Origin: Selaginella moellendorffii
Lineage: Eukaryota > Plantae > Lycopodiophyta
Assembly (NCBI RefSeq): GCF_000143415.4
Contig: NW_003314271.1
Location: 1,260,204-1,324,203, forward strand
DNA length: 64,000 nt
Reading direction: 5' to 3'
The notes beneath the pieces are model-generated. The model ran no database searches and was not told the DNA's origin. It worked only from the letters and a program-made list of their open reading frames with translations. Positions 61,601 through 64,000 of the stretch are shown here, one piece after another. Positions within the stretch are counted from its first letter, which is position 1; the number at the start of each line of letters is the position of its first letter. Made by a program: the position numbers and the translations under genes.

Positions 61601-61784
61601 CCAGACAAGCTTTATAACTGTAGGGCTTGAGAAGGGTTTTTAGATTGCTTTTAGTATTCGGATCTATATTTATATTTATATTTTATTGGTCAAATTTACT
61701 TGGAAATATAGATTAAATAAAAATTTGAAAGATGAAAAAATGTTAGTTCAAGATGAATCAATATTTTTCTTGTATTTGAGAACT

Positions 61785-61847
61785 TGTGAGCTTAGCTCAT
61801 GAGCTCAACTTGTGAGCTCATGAGCTCAAAACCTACTTGAGCTCACA
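61785..61847. repeat. Array of palindromic GAGCTC/TGAGCTCA motifs
   Basis: tgtgagcttagctcatgagctcaacttgtgagctcatgagctcaaaacctacttgagctcaca. Confidence 0.7.
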
Positions 61848-62169
61848 GGGATATAGGGAGAGAGCTAAAGACCCAACTCTCTTGAGCAAGAAATCAACCC
61901 CATTGAGAAGATTTATAAACTGGTAAATGAAGTTGTTTATATAACCACACCTCTTTTCAAAATGAGTTAACAAGAGAAAGATAGGGGCTTGTGATCAATC
62001 TATAATAGTTATCCTCATGGTTATGGATTGTATCTATGCATTGAAGTGTTGAAGTCAGCTTACCAAAACTAACCCAAGAACTAACAAACAAGAAAAATGA
62101 AACTTTTGATTTTATAAAGATAAATTACTTTATTGATTTGCAAGATTTATTACAAGATTTACAAAAGTT

Positions 62170-62575
62170 ATTATTTATTATGATTTTCATATTTCGTGAC
62201 AATCTCACGAACATGTGTGAGATTCCTAAGAGGCTCCTAAGTAGATTCATACATTGGGTAGCCACGCCACTTGACAAGGTACTCATGACGTTTAAAATAT
62301 TTAGTCCAATGACTATCTAGAATGGCTTCAACATCATACTCATGTTCACTATCAACAACCATTGGACGAATGTTTGTAGAGTGTTTTGCAACAACATGAT
62401 ATGGTGCCAATAAACTAACATGAGACACATCATGTACATGGGATAACTCATCTGGAAGATATAGGTTACATCATCAACTTGCTTCAATACCCAATAGAGC
62501 CTAACATATCTTGGTAATAGTTTTCAAGACAAAAATCCCTTAATATTCAAGTTTGGGGAAGATAGCCACACCTGT
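62170..62575 (-). mobile_element. Chromovirus (Ty3/gypsy) integrase C-terminal fragment with chromodomain
   Basis: QVWLS..KLLPRY..VHDVSHVSLLAPY..EYDVEAILD..HEYLVKWRGYP..EST*EP..NL. Confidence 0.85.
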
Positions 62576-62691
62576 GTGAGACACAAAATCTCTATGCCCC
62601 AAAGTGGAGCCGAAAGAGTGCCACGTGGTAGTGGCCGAAGCGAAAGCCAAATGAACATAACACGTTTGGACTAAAATCTCTGACTTGAAAT

Positions 62692-64000
62692 GTCGAGAGT
62701 GGGAGTGGAACTCTCAACGACATGCTCGAGAAACAAGCATAAAGCAAGCAATAAGTGAGTCTCTAGAAAAGGGACACAAGTGGACCAACACATGACATGT
62801 GGAGGAGTCCGAGATGGACCCGAGATGGAGTCCGAAAAAGACCCGAAATGGAGTTTGAGATGGACCCAAAATGGAGTCCGAGATGGACCCAAGTGTAAGT
62901 GATTAATTTTTCCATTCTACTTTAGTCACTTAACCACACCTCCGACCCCTTAGAGGAGTTTCACTCACAACCTCCATAAGTCTTATTCTGGACTTGGGGA
63001 CTTGCTAGCCCCAAGAATGGCATCTGTGCCACTCAACCGTTGCACTTGGTCCAAGTGCTCCACGTGTCTGGTCCCATGACCGACACCCAAAGGTACCACT
63101 GACAGTTCGGCCCGCAGGATTGCTCCTCCTCCTTTCCCCCATTTGGGACTCCGGGACAACATTTCAGAACACCGTGGGCTTACGCGAGCCTCGTGGGTAC
63201 TCTCCCCACCTTCTGCCTTTAGGTGCTCTAGCCATGGGCTTAGAGCGAGGTTCTGTTGAGCCATGCTTGGTATCCAAGTAGGTAGTGCCACCCACAATTG
63301 GACTGGGAGCATCGGCCAGTCGATCTCCCGGGGGAACTAAAGCTGGCTCTTGAACACTTCACCAAGCTACCCCACTTGTCAGTCTGTATTCACTCTAGTC
63401 TTGGACTTCTCAGTGGTCAGTTCATCACCCAACACTGGATCTAGCCTTCCTGGGCCAAACTGGCCTTTCTTGGCCAAACTGGCTCCACTGCAGTCCTCCC
63501 CCTTACTATACTTTTGGAGCTCACCAAACCCCCTAGGGTTTGGGAGATGAACACTTTGGGCTTTCACCCTCTCAAACTTGAACTCGGACTCTGACTTGAA
63601 CTCGGACTCGGACTCGGACTCGGGCTCAGGCTCGGTCTCGGCCTTGGCCTCGGTCCCAGTCTCGGTCCCGGTCTCGGTCTCGACCTCGGACTCCATCTCG
63701 GGTCCTTCTCGGACTCCATCTCAGATTCCATCTCGGGTCCATCGCAGACTCCATCTCGGACTCTGTCTCGGTCCATCTCGGACTCCATCTCGTGTCCATC
63801 TCGGGTCCATCTCGGATTCCATCTCGGTCCATCTCGGACTCCATCTCGGACTCCGTCTCGGTCCATCTCGGACTCCATCTCGGACACTTCCATGTGTCAT
63901 GTGTTGGTCCTTTTGGGTCCCTTTTTGGAGCCTCGCTTATTGCTCGCTTCATGCTCGTTCCTTGAGCACTCCGTTGGGAGTTCCACTCCTGCTCTCGACC
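62692..64000. repeat. Inverted pair of TE-derived repeats (62692-62893 and ~63686-64000) containing a CCGAGATGGA(GT/C) minisatellite
   Basis: GTCGAGAG..GGAGTGGAACTC..GGACCAACACATGACA..GTCCGAGATGG on the + strand matches the reverse complement of the window end. Confidence 0.85.

Noticed and set aside
62983-63952. Acidic or repetitive ORFs at the window end
   Set aside because: Open frames are mostly by-products of minisatellite repeats; no recognisable domain.

Overview
Eukaryotic plant nuclear DNA. The very short (45-70 nt) introns, extreme gene density, PLS/SS-type PPR genes and a cilia gene suggest a flagellate-sperm land plant, most likely the lycophyte Selaginella (inference). Bases 1-45,850 are a compact, GC-rich gene block of about 23 genes: Cys/Gly zinc-finger repeat protein, AGPase large subunit, WRC protein, DeSI peptidase, SCC4/MAU2, CDPK, PI31, CFAP263/CCDC113-like, CRR6, a frameshifted NEN exonuclease, NFU, a LEA-like protein, UMP1, SEC23, RPAP3, CutA, two PPRs, a membrane protein, a non-RD LRR-RLK, a tandem double LEA_2 protein and two mid-SUN genes. 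Bases ~45,850-64,000 are AT-rich decayed transposons. These include a Ty3/gypsy element with a nested TRIM and a further insertion, a chromovirus fragment and inverted minisatellite repeats. The most notable is a decayed two-gene unit (~52.5-61.6 kb): a GCM-like/DDE/SWIM Mutator-like transposase lies head-to-head with an intron-containing gene that fuses a ParB/Srx-type domain (VIDGNHR) to a beta-class N6A/N4C DNA amino-methyltransferase domain. All family assignments are by motif recognition; no database search was run.
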